A stretch of DNA of 32,000 bases, from the NCBI RefSeq assembly GCF_000018465.1, contig NC_010085.1, forward strand, positions 1,320,001-1,352,000, given 5' to 3'. The notes under the pieces are model-generated. The model was not told where the DNA came from. It did not search any database and was given only the letters and a program-made list of their open reading frames with translations. Origin of the DNA: Nitrosopumilus maritimus SCM1. GTDB lineage: Archaea > Thermoproteota > Nitrososphaeria > Nitrososphaerales > Nitrosopumilaceae. How positions within the stretch are numbered: the stretch's first letter is position 1; every line of letters starts with the position of its first letter. Of the stretch, positions 9,228-17,626 are shown piece after piece. The position numbers and the translations under genes were made by a program.

Positions 9228-9983
9228 TTAATCCTCAAGTATTTTGAATATTTGACCGTCAGGTCCTATTATTTTATTATCCTGAATTAGTGGGACTGGA
9301 TCAGCCCATTCTTCAACGTAAACCTGATTGTAAAATCCCCCATGTTGCCAAGTGCAAGTGGTTGTTTTGAGTTTAGTAGTTCCATTACTCATACCCTTAT
9401 CACCAATTTTGTTTTCGGGATCTAGACAATCTTGAATAATTTTCTCTAGTTGATCACTCATCCACCATTGTTTTTTATTCCATTCACATTTTTCATAATC
9501 AAACATCCATAATCCTCCTTCATTCTCAGGTCTTGGTTCAGGTTTACATTCAGGCTCAGGTTCAACTTGAGTATTTTCAATTATGTCTAGAGGGAAACTG
9601 CCATAGTTATTTTGGATAACATCTACATCTGTACATCTATCTAATGCTATAGAGTATCCATATTGTTGAATTTCAGAAGTAAATGCGGGTTTTATTGTCT
9701 TCAAATCATCACAAGTAAATTCTAGAAAATCATGATAATGATCAATGTATTGAATTTCATCAGAGGATAAGAAACCTTTTTCACTGCAATATACTAATTC
9801 TGGCAGATATTTTTCTTGAAACACTTGAATATGCATTCTTTGCAGGTGTGCTGTTTCAAACAATTCTTGGCAATGAATCATTCTGTCCTGAATTATGAAG
9901 TAAGGAGTAATGTATGGAGACAATGAAATTATTAAAGCAATTGCAACAATAACAGAAATTATTATCAAAAGTCGAGTTTTCAT
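9228..9983 (-). CDS. Hypothetical secreted/membrane-anchored protein, Cys-containing
   Basis: 251 aa; leader MKTRLLIIISVIVAIALIIS; ATGA overlap with the upstream gene. Confidence 0.65.
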   Translation of the reverse strand: MKTRLLIIISVIVAIALIISLSPYITPYFIIQDRMIHCQELFETAHLQRMHIQVFQEKYLPELVYCSEKGFLSSDEIQYIDHYHDFLEFTCDDLKTIKPAFTSEIQQYGYSIALDRCTDVDVIQNNYGSFPLDIIENTQVEPEPECKPEPRPENEGGLWMFDYEKCEWNKKQWWMSDQLEKIIQDCLDPENKIGDKGMSNGTTKLKTTTCTWQHGGFYNQVYVEEWADPVPLIQDNKIIGPDGQIFKILED

Positions 9984-11845
9984 TTTTTATCATCAACAGG
10001 TATTATTGAAAATCCATCACTAGAACCCTTAAGAATTGCGGTAATTTTTTCTTGTTTCAAATCAAAAGTTACAGTGACAAAGAGATATTTTTCTTCAACA
10101 TTGAATTTCAGTCCAACATGTTGATTTAGTGGTGGATTTTTTCTGTCAACTGAAAACGAACAACATTCAACATCATATGTATAGCCATCAAGTATTGATG
10201 AGACTTTGTTATTTTTGAGTACTTCAGATATCACAAAATCACGAGCGTCATCAGATAGATGATCCATACTATTTTCTCCAGGAACAGTTCTCAATTCTTC
10301 AATCATGTTTTGCCTTGCTTCCAAGTCATCAGGAGTAAGTTCTTCATAGTGATGTCTTGTAGGATCCTCATCTAGTACAGTAAAATCAAATTCTATTGGA
10401 GGAGACAAGGCAGTAGGATTTTCAATGCTCTGCCACACAAAGAATACAACCCTGTAGTCTCCTGCAACATTTGGAATCCACGAGGTAGCTGGGCTAAAAG
10501 AGGACAGAGGGTTTAGGGTTCCATCAATCCAAGACAATGCTTGAGTTTTTTTGTCACTGTCAATAATTTGTGCAATCCAGACAAATCGTTGTTCACGGTC
10601 TTGTTGATTTGCAATATCAGAGGTAAGTAGCACCTGCTCTCCAACTACAGGATAAACAATGGTGTTGTGTTTCAGATCAGATATTCTTGGAGCACTTACT
10701 GGTGCACGCTCCAATGGAGGGCCAGTAGAGCCCAATAGTGTAGTTGCAGTCAGAAAATTTTTCGAATCAATTGATTGTTGAGGATCATACAGTGCAGTCA
10801 TTGTATCTCCTTGATTTCCATACAGAATATTGGGTCCAGAACGTTTGTCACTAAATGCAAATGTACGCTCAAAGACTCCTGAATCTTTACTTGTTTCATA
10901 AAGATCAATTGTTATTCCTTCAAGGGAGCTATCAGAGAGGATTTTGGCTTTAACAGTGTCAATGCTGTTTGCAAACTTGTTTTGCTCATGATCAGTTACA
11001 ATAATTTTAGCAGAGCTTGTACCATTTTTTGTACTGTAATTTGCCTGACTCCACTCTATATTTTTAGCATCTAGTTGTTCAAATGGAAATGGATGCAACT
11101 CTACAGATACAGCTAAATCATCATTGACAGAATAGGGTTTTGGAAGTGTATGGTCATCATACTGTACATAGATAACATCATCAGGTAGTGCATACAAACT
11201 ACGTCCACTTGAATCATCTTGTGAAGTAGAGAAATAGGCTACAAAAGTTCCAGGACTGTCATGTAGTTCTTTTGCATCAATAACTAGTCCTGCTTTATCA
11301 GAATCAGAAAATACCTGAATAGAAAGTGTATCCAGAGTATCAGGATTAAGATTCATGTCAGGATCATTGACTGTTATGAGAAATGATTCTCCATATCCAT
11401 TAAACATTCTAGTATAATCCATAGTACCGACATTCCAGTTAATTTTTACAGATTTTTTTATCTCATCACCATCTGCAAATCTTACTAGAATTGTAAATTC
11501 ATCATCTCTGCTGCTCTCAAGAAATCCATTGTTAGGTCCAGTTCCCGTTGTGCGAGGATTTGTGTCATACTTTCCATCGCCATTTACATCATGCAAAAAT
11601 CCAGTCAAGATTATCTCTCCAGTGTACAATCCGTTTCCAGCCTTTGCTAGCTTGTAGTTTCTTATCTCATGATCTTCAGTATAGACTCTAACTGATGCAC
11701 CATCTGAATCAACTCCATGCTCTGTGATTCTAATGTTGATTTTATCAGTCCACGTGTATGGGGATTTGTCAAGAGAGATAGCAGCAAAAGCAGGAGAGAC
11801 AGTAATTATGATAATACTAAAAATTACAACCAAGAAAAATTTCAT
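9980..11845 (-). CDS. Large secreted beta-sandwich-type surface protein
   Basis: 621 aa; signal peptide MKFFLVVIFSIIIITVSPAFA; Ig-like/beta-rich sequence. Confidence 0.7.
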   Translation of the reverse strand: MKFFLVVIFSIIIITVSPAFAAISLDKSPYTWTDKINIRITEHGVDSDGASVRVYTEDHEIRNYKLAKAGNGLYTGEIILTGFLHDVNGDGKYDTNPRTTGTGPNNGFLESSRDDEFTILVRFADGDEIKKSVKINWNVGTMDYTRMFNGYGESFLITVNDPDMNLNPDTLDTLSIQVFSDSDKAGLVIDAKELHDSPGTFVAYFSTSQDDSSGRSLYALPDDVIYVQYDDHTLPKPYSVNDDLAVSVELHPFPFEQLDAKNIEWSQANYSTKNGTSSAKIIVTDHEQNKFANSIDTVKAKILSDSSLEGITIDLYETSKDSGVFERTFAFSDKRSGPNILYGNQGDTMTALYDPQQSIDSKNFLTATTLLGSTGPPLERAPVSAPRISDLKHNTIVYPVVGEQVLLTSDIANQQDREQRFVWIAQIIDSDKKTQALSWIDGTLNPLSSFSPATSWIPNVAGDYRVVFFVWQSIENPTALSPPIEFDFTVLDEDPTRHHYEELTPDDLEARQNMIEELRTVPGENSMDHLSDDARDFVISEVLKNNKVSSILDGYTYDVECCSFSVDRKNPPLNQHVGLKFNVEEKYLFVTVTFDLKQEKITAILKGSSDGFSIIPVDDKK

Positions 11846-11890
11846 TTTACTTGTTTTCAGGTCAGATGTTCATAAAGTATTCTAAGCTTA

Positions 11891-11924
11891 GATTTGAATC
11901 CCATAAGGTTTGAACCGTTTATGG
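11891..11924. promoter_or_regulatory. Copy of recurrent intergenic element
   Basis: GATTTGAATCCCATAAGGTTTGAACCGTTTATGG; 46 bp upstream of the 9980..11845 start codon. Confidence 0.4.
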
Positions 11925-11941
11925 AAACAAAAAAAGTAGGA

Positions 11942-12325
11942 TCAGCATGCTTTGAGAGTTTGCCAAATTCCTATTACGTTTCCTTCAGTATCAGCAACTC
12001 TAGCATACAAACCAAAATCTCCAACTTGTATTTTTGGCATTATTGTTTTACCTCCAGCAGACTCTACTTTTGAAATGTGTTCATCTACGGATGGAACATC
12101 AATTACAATTACAGGGTGTTCTCCCGTAGGATCTTTTTTTAGTAGACCACCATTGATGGCACCAGGTTCCTTTGGTTTCATGTTCTCATCACTTGGAGTA
12201 GTAGTGGCAAGATAGTAATCCATTTCAGGAAATTTGGTTATTTGCCAACCAAAAACATCTTGGTAGAACTTTTGTGCTCGAGATTCATCATCAAAAGGAA
12301 TCTCAAAATGTACAACTTTGTTCAT
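11942..12325 (-). CDS. VOC/glyoxalase-like family protein
   Basis: 127 aa; HFEIPFDDESRAQKFYQDVFGWQITKFP...YARVADTEGNVIGIWQ. Confidence 0.88.
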   Translation of the reverse strand: MNKVVHFEIPFDDESRAQKFYQDVFGWQITKFPEMDYYLATTTPSDENMKPKEPGAINGGLLKKDPTGEHPVIVIDVPSVDEHISKVESAGGKTIMPKIQVGDFGLYARVADTEGNVIGIWQTLKAC

Positions 12326-12453
12326 GACAGAACAAAATGCTGATAGTTGATAACCTTTTTTCCAAGAGATTTGAATCCCTTAAGACTCATCTACTGTTTT
12401 GTAGTCAAAATAAAACGCATTTAGGCATAACAATGGTGTAAAATAAAAAAAGG

Positions 12454-12846
12454 TCAAAGAGGCATGTTTTCTTCAACCCAATTGACAATAGTCATGATAT
12501 TTTGGATGTTGCCAAACTCTTCGCCTTCCAAACTTACAAAAAGCAAATGATTGTTTGGAAGTGGGACGGTAATTCGTTTGATTTTGTCATACGCCACAAT
12601 AGCGTATTTTCCCTTTCCAATTTTTTCAGAAAGCACATCACGTTTTTCCCAGCTTTCAATTGAACGTTTTAGAGACTCTTTTGTTTCATCTACTGTAAGG
12701 TAACTGGTTGTATTATCACGAATGCTATTCCATAGAATGTTTCCTTCATGATCACAGATTATTGCAACTCTAGAGCTAGGAATTTCTCCTAATATCATGT
12801 TCAAAAGCTTCTCTTCGTTCTCATTGACATTTTGTGTTACAGACAT
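12454..12846 (-). CDS. Hypothetical protein, possible roadblock/profilin-like fold
   Basis: 130 aa; SRVAIICDHEGNILW...; shares general layout with 13198..13590. Confidence 0.6.
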   Translation of the reverse strand: MSVTQNVNENEEKLLNMILGEIPSSRVAIICDHEGNILWNSIRDNTTSYLTVDETKESLKRSIESWEKRDVLSEKIGKGKYAIVAYDKIKRITVPLPNNHLLFVSLEGEEFGNIQNIMTIVNWVEENMPL

Positions 12847-12982
12847 TAAATTTAGTTAGGATAATTGAAAATAACCTTAATGACTAAACATATGAAAATT
12901 TGACAGATTATTTTGAAAATTTTAAAAGGATTTTAAGTTTTTAAAAACTCATTCTTAGATAACATAAATTCCCAATCAAAAC

Positions 12983-13153
12983 ATGTCATTGTTAAAAACA
13001 ACAAGATTGACCAAACAGGGAGACCGCTTTGAAATTGAGATTCCTCATGAATGCGTTGAAAAACTAGGATGGAGAAATGGATTAGTTTTAGAGATAGACA
13101 TTCAAGATTCTGAAGCAACCATAAGGAAGTTACAGGGATTTTTAGGAAAATAA
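12983..13153 (+). CDS. Small AbrB/MazE (SpoVT)-like swapped-hairpin protein, 56 aa
   Basis: Not in the ORF track. Reads MSLLKTTRLTKQGDRFEIEIPHECVEKLGWRNGLVLEIDIQDSEATIRKLQGFLGK*; 'IEIPxExxEKLGWxxGxxLEI' pattern. Confidence 0.7.
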   Translation: MSLLKTTRLTKQGDRFEIEIPHECVEKLGWRNGLVLEIDIQDSEATIRKLQGFLGK

Positions 13154-13197
13154 AGCTTCAGTCATACAATACTTTGTTTTTTCTTCTAGTACTAGGA

Positions 13198-13590
13198 TTA
13201 AACTCCGCTCTTCATGATATCACTATCAAGGAATTTGATTTTTTGAGTAGCTGCTTTTACTTCATCAGGAGTCATTGATTTTTCCAAAGTAAGATAAACT
13301 GTAATCTTTGGCAAGTATAGAATTACTTGTTGCATTTTTTCTCGAATAATGTGGACATAATCAGTTTGTCCATATGCTTCATCCAAATGTTCTCTTGCAT
13401 GTCTCCTCACATCAAGTTGATGATAAAATGCGATTCTATCCTCATCAGGTTCTGTAGGTTCAGATGCAGCTGATGATTGATCTAGTAAGACATTTCCTTC
13501 CAAATCTATTAGACCTAGATGAACGATTTGTGGATCAGCATCAAAGATCTCTTTTGCTAGTAGTTCAGATTCTGCAGTCATCAATTTCAT
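13198..13590 (-). CDS. Hypothetical protein, possible distant paralogue of 12454..12846
   Basis: 130 aa; VHLGLIDLEGNVLLDQS..., ILYLPKITVYLTLEKSMTPDEV. Confidence 0.6.
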   Translation of the reverse strand: MKLMTAESELLAKEIFDADPQIVHLGLIDLEGNVLLDQSSAASEPTEPDEDRIAFYHQLDVRRHAREHLDEAYGQTDYVHIIREKMQQVILYLPKITVYLTLEKSMTPDEVKAATQKIKFLDSDIMKSGV

Positions 13591-13684
13591 AATGTATGAA
13601 ATTGTATAAAAACTTCGTTGACAAGCTTTGTTTAAGAATTTAGTTTGAATCCTTGAGAGCTTATCATTTTGGCATGAAAGTAAT

Positions 13685-14440
13685 TCATCTAGTTTTCAGC
13701 AAAGTCTTGTGAATCTTGGAGCCGTACTGTAACGCTTTCTTTCGTTTGTTACATGAAACTTCAGGAACGCCGACTTTACTTGCAAGTTTTCTTATCATGT
13801 GTTTGCGATAGATGTCTTCAGAATCTGTAATCTTGTCTGAAATTGGTACAGTCTTTGCATATGTGATAAAATCTGGTGAGAGTAATGGCTGTAGAATTTG
13901 TACTCCAAATTCAGATGCAATCATGTTTACTGCCTTCATCATTTTGAGTTCATTGTCAAGTTTGTCCTCCATTACCTCTTGGATTTTGGATTCGCCACCT
14001 GAAAACGCCTCCCTGTACGCATTATATCCACAGAATAGCTCATCAATTCCGTTTGCAGTAACTACTGTACAAATCCCTAGACTCTTTGCAAGCTTTGATA
14101 CGTAATGAAATGCAATACAGTTTTCATTCCAAGACAAATTGTCAGTTTTGATTTTATCGTGAATGCCTGATGATATTGATGGAAATGTTTCAGGTTCAAT
14201 TTCTAAGATATGATGAGGGTAATTCAGTTGTTCATTGACTTCTTTTGCAAACAAGATATCATGGGATTCAGCAAATCCAATTGTAAGTAGTGTAATGTCA
14301 TAATCCATGTCTTTGCAGATTTTGGAGATTAGTGTGCTATCAACACCACCTGAATATGCAATTCCAATTTTTTTATCTGTAACTGTTTGAGTAATTGCAG
14401 TTTTGATGTTATCAAATAGTTCTTGATATTTTGCATCCAT
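13685..14440 (-). CDS. Stand-alone asparagine-synthetase-like PP-loop protein lacking the glutaminase domain
   Basis: 251 aa; GIAYSGGVDSTLISKI PP-loop; ANGIDELFCGYNAYREAF; EVSCNKRKKALQYGS. Confidence 0.8.
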   Translation of the reverse strand: MDAKYQELFDNIKTAITQTVTDKKIGIAYSGGVDSTLISKICKDMDYDITLLTIGFAESHDILFAKEVNEQLNYPHHILEIEPETFPSISSGIHDKIKTDNLSWNENCIAFHYVSKLAKSLGICTVVTANGIDELFCGYNAYREAFSGGESKIQEVMEDKLDNELKMMKAVNMIASEFGVQILQPLLSPDFITYAKTVPISDKITDSEDIYRKHMIRKLASKVGVPEVSCNKRKKALQYGSKIHKTLLKTR

Positions 14441-14537
14441 GGTATCTCTCTAGTTTCTATAAAGGGTAATGAATCAACCTCTAAATCAGCTTTTTAGGCA
14501 CAACAATTAGAATTTTAACTGTTAAGAATTTAGGAGA

Positions 14538-15326
14538 TTGTGTAGAATGAATACAAAGTTACTTCGCAATTTAGGAATAGCAGCTGTAGTTGTAATTGTC
14601 ACAATATTTGCAGTTGGGTCAATAGAACAGCAAGAACAAAAACTTGATTCTGTAGAAAATAAAATAGAAGTAGAAAGTGTTCCTGTAGAAAATGAAATTG
14701 AAGTAAAAAATGAACCTGTAGAAAATAAAATAGTAGAAAGTGTTCCTGTAGAAAAGCAAATAGTAGTAAAATCCACAGAATGTTCAGGAGATGCTTTGTG
14801 TTTTTCTGGTAAAATTACGCAGATAATTGATGGAGACACTGTTAAAGTCGATGGAAAGTCTATACGATTTGCACTAGTTGATGCTCCTGAATTAAAATAC
14901 GATGGCGGACAAGCAAAACAATTTCTCGAACAAGTTTGTCCAGTTGGATCTCAAGTTATAGTTGATCAGGATGACGATCAACTTTCAGACAAGTATGGCA
15001 GAATGTTAGGAGTGATTTACTGTAATGGTATGAATCTAAATCAAGAAATACTTGATTCAGGTATTGGAGATCTTTATGAAGCATTTTGTGATCAAAGTGA
15101 ATTTGCTACTCATTATTGGGCAACAAAACATGGATGTGGTGATTCAGAAGATGAAATAACAACTCAACAAATTCAAGACTGTGATTCATCTTATCCTGAC
15201 TTTTGCATTCCATCTTCACCACCTGATTTAGATTGTGGCGATATCTCTCAGAAAGATTTCACAGTATTGCAACCGGATCCACATAGATTTGATGGGGATA
15301 AGGATGGCATTGGATGTGAATCCTGA
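14538..15326 (+). CDS. Membrane-anchored or secreted thermonuclease (SNase-like) with a repetitive Glu/Val/Pro linker and a C-terminal excalibur-like Ca-binding motif
   Basis: GKITQIIDGDTVKVDGKSIRFALVDAPEL...QFLEQVCPVGSQVIVDQDD...YGRMLGVIYCNGMNLNQEILDSG; C-terminus DPHRFDGDKDGIGCE. Confidence 0.88.
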   Translation: MCRMNTKLLRNLGIAAVVVIVTIFAVGSIEQQEQKLDSVENKIEVESVPVENEIEVKNEPVENKIVESVPVEKQIVVKSTECSGDALCFSGKITQIIDGDTVKVDGKSIRFALVDAPELKYDGGQAKQFLEQVCPVGSQVIVDQDDDQLSDKYGRMLGVIYCNGMNLNQEILDSGIGDLYEAFCDQSEFATHYWATKHGCGDSEDEITTQQIQDCDSSYPDFCIPSSPPDLDCGDISQKDFTVLQPDPHRFDGDKDGIGCES

Positions 15327-15363
15327 TAGTACCTATTAATTTAGATACAATATACTAAACATC

Positions 15364-15639
15364 ATGAGATTATCACCTGAAGAGATTACAGAGGAGCTCA
15401 AGAATCTACCAGGATGGAGTGTTGTAAATGAGAAACTACACAAAGAAATTGAATTTGAGAGTTTCAATCAGGCATTTGGGTTTATGACCAGAGCTGCAAT
15501 GGAGATTGAAAAGATGAATCATCATCCAGAGTGGTTTAACGTGTATAATAGACTCGTAATAGATTTGATGACTCACGATGCTGGCGGCATTACAAAAAAT
15601 GACATCAATCTGGCTCGAATCCTAAATTCCCTACTTTGA
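15364..15639 (+). CDS. Pterin-4a-carbinolamine dehydratase
   Basis: 91 aa; [63 protein letters not shown]. Confidence 0.93.
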   Translation: MRLSPEEITEELKNLPGWSVVNEKLHKEIEFESFNQAFGFMTRAAMEIEKMNHHPEWFNVYNRLVIDLMTHDAGGITKNDINLARILNSLL

Positions 15640-15701
15640 GGGTGATTTTAGGCACAAAATTTTCAGAATTTATATAATGACTCTAGGGCAGATGATTTCA
15701 C

Positions 15702-16520
15702 ATGACAACAAATCCCGTAATGCTTGATTCAGATTTCAAGTATATCGACAAGAAAGGAAATCTAATGAAGACTAGAACAGAGTTGACAGTAGCACAAATG
15801 CTAGACTTTCTTGAAGACGAATACCAGTACAATCACAAAGTTACATTGAAAAGTGGAACTGAAGTTACAGTTGATTTCAAAACTGACAAGGGACTAATTG
15901 AAGTAATTGACAATGAAGAGGACATTGCAAAGTACAAACAGATCAAAGAAGACTTTCCTGATCAAAAAGTAATGGCAATTGGACACGGAAAGTATGCTGC
16001 ACAGCTAAAAGAGTTGCAAGATATTGTATTTTATGATAAATCACCACAAACAGGTTCTATCTTTTTGGATGATGGATCATTTGCATTTGATTATGCACAC
16101 ATCTTGCCACTAGTTGAGAAATGTTCGATTCTACATGGACATACATCATCTGTAATGGTGGAATTGGTTGGACAGATGAAAGACAATCTACTTGTAGACT
16201 TTGGAGAAGCAAAAAGAATTGTCAAAGATGTATTGACTGCATTTGATCACAAGTTTTTCATTAATAGAAAGTACATGAAATCTGAAGATGATTCTCATTA
16301 TGTAATAAAATTTGAAGGACCTAAAGGAATGTTTGAGTTACAAGTTCCAAAACATACAACATATCTTTTAGAAGGAGAAGCTACTGTAGAGAATTTATCA
16401 AGTGAGCTTATCAAATTACTAGCACCTAAGATGCCATCAAACGTTGAAGCTGTTGGCGTTTACATTTACGAGGGATACAACAAGGGTTCCCACATTATAT
16501 CAAACATCTCAAAAGATTAA
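15702..16520 (+). CDS. 6-pyruvoyl-tetrahydropterin synthase / QueD-family protein with about 120-aa N-terminal extension
   Basis: FAFDYAHILPLVEKCSILHGHTSSVMVELVGQ...LVDFGEAKRIVKDVLTAFDHKFFI; Zn-ligand histidines present. Confidence 0.82.
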   Translation: MTTNPVMLDSDFKYIDKKGNLMKTRTELTVAQMLDFLEDEYQYNHKVTLKSGTEVTVDFKTDKGLIEVIDNEEDIAKYKQIKEDFPDQKVMAIGHGKYAAQLKELQDIVFYDKSPQTGSIFLDDGSFAFDYAHILPLVEKCSILHGHTSSVMVELVGQMKDNLLVDFGEAKRIVKDVLTAFDHKFFINRKYMKSEDDSHYVIKFEGPKGMFELQVPKHTTYLLEGEATVENLSSELIKLLAPKMPSNVEAVGVYIYEGYNKGSHIISNISKD

Positions 16521-16644
16521 GAATTAAGCCTAAACTATGCAAAACTATGCAGTTTTTTTCTAAAATGAGTTGATTTTGTGTTGACCCCGAATCAACAATT
16601 TACCACGTAAAGATCGTAATAGCACCATATACCTTAAGGGAATT

Positions 16645-17190
16645 ATGGCACAGGTTTTAGAAAAAAAGGGAGGACCATACCCAAAAAATAAGAAAATTAA
16701 GCGACAAAATGAGGTATTTCGTTTACATTTTGATTTAGGTTATTCTGCAGTAAAAATTTCTGAAATGATGAATGTTAATCGTAACACCGTTAATGGGGAC
16801 ATCCATTATTGGTATGGAATTCTTTCAAAAGAATGGGAGAGTTATGATATTGAAGCATGGCATATGAAACAGGTTCACAGATTAGAGTCTCAGAGAACCA
16901 GATTGTTTCAAGAGTTGGAAAAGACTACAGAAACCACAGTAAAGTTATCTATTGAAAGAATGATTTTGGATATTGATATCAAAATGACAAACTTTGTTTC
17001 AAAATCAGTGTATACTCAAGATTGGTTGAGAGATAGATCAGTAGCTTGGATCAATAAATGGGCAAAAGAGAACAATTCAAAGTATAGATTACTTGATGCA
17101 AATGCAGCTTGGTATACTAGTGAAGAGATTACTGAAAAGGTTCGTAAATTAATTCATGATGGTAAGATTGAGAAACGTGGAAAGATTTGA
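16645..17190 (+). CDS. HTH-domain hypothetical protein
   Basis: 181 aa; RLHFDLGYSAVKISEMMNVNRNTVNGDIHYWYG resembles a homeodomain-like HTH; C-terminal wHTH-like AAWYTSEEITEKVRKLIHDGKIEKRG. Confidence 0.65.
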   Translation: MAQVLEKKGGPYPKNKKIKRQNEVFRLHFDLGYSAVKISEMMNVNRNTVNGDIHYWYGILSKEWESYDIEAWHMKQVHRLESQRTRLFQELEKTTETTVKLSIERMILDIDIKMTNFVSKSVYTQDWLRDRSVAWINKWAKENNSKYRLLDANAAWYTSEEITEKVRKLIHDGKIEKRGKI

Positions 17191-17218
17191 TCATTTATCT
17201 TTAATGTAAAAAACAACA

Positions 17219-17626
17219 TCAGATGGGATAGTGAGGCATAAGATCCCTTGCAAGAAACTTTTTGATGTCGCCACCTTTTTCGTTCTGATAACCTACAACA
17301 CATTCTGAACCTCCAAGTTCAAAAATCCAGTCCATGCAGCTACCACAAGGTGTGAATTGTGTCCTTTGTGCCACCACAAGAATCGCCGTTAACTTTGTGC
17401 AGCCGCTTGATACCAAAGATGATATTGCTGAAACCTCTGCATGTATGTCGTGTGAACGGAATTTGTGTTCTATGTTGCATCCGGAAAAAATTTTCCCTTC
17501 TCCGGAAACCACTGCTGCACCAACCTGCGTCTTTCCAAGAACTCGTGCATTGGAATGAGAGTTCCAAGCAATTTCAGACATCTGATTCCAAATAGATTCT
17601 TCGACCAAGACACTCAACTTTTCCAT
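17219..17626 (-). CDS. Cytidine-deaminase-like (CDA-fold) Zn enzyme
   Basis: 135 aa; VGAAVVSGEGKIFSGCNIEHKFRSHDIHAEVSAISSL and TPCGSCMDWIFELGG (HAE + PCxxC); 13-nt overlap with the upstream NACHT gene. Confidence 0.88.
   Translation of the reverse strand: MEKLSVLVEESIWNQMSEIAWNSHSNARVLGKTQVGAAVVSGEGKIFSGCNIEHKFRSHDIHAEVSAISSLVSSGCTKLTAILVVAQRTQFTPCGSCMDWIFELGGSECVVGYQNEKGGDIKKFLARDLMPHYPI

Noticed and set aside
14522-14839. 105-aa minus-strand ORF with Ser/Thr-rich repeats
   Set aside because: Antisense of the repetitive linker of the thermonuclease gene; repeats are a by-product of the sense-strand repeat.
16529-16560. Direct repeat AAACTATGC AAAACTATGCAG followed by a T-run near the left island boundary
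   Set aside because: Only a short adjacent repeat, no matching copy at the right boundary near 25155-25206, so not credible as an att site; more likely a terminator or chance.
17334-17595. Three short overlapping ORFs antisense/alternate-frame to the deaminase
   Set aside because: All overlap the cytidine-deaminase-like CDS, which has the HAE/PCxxC signature; the others have none.
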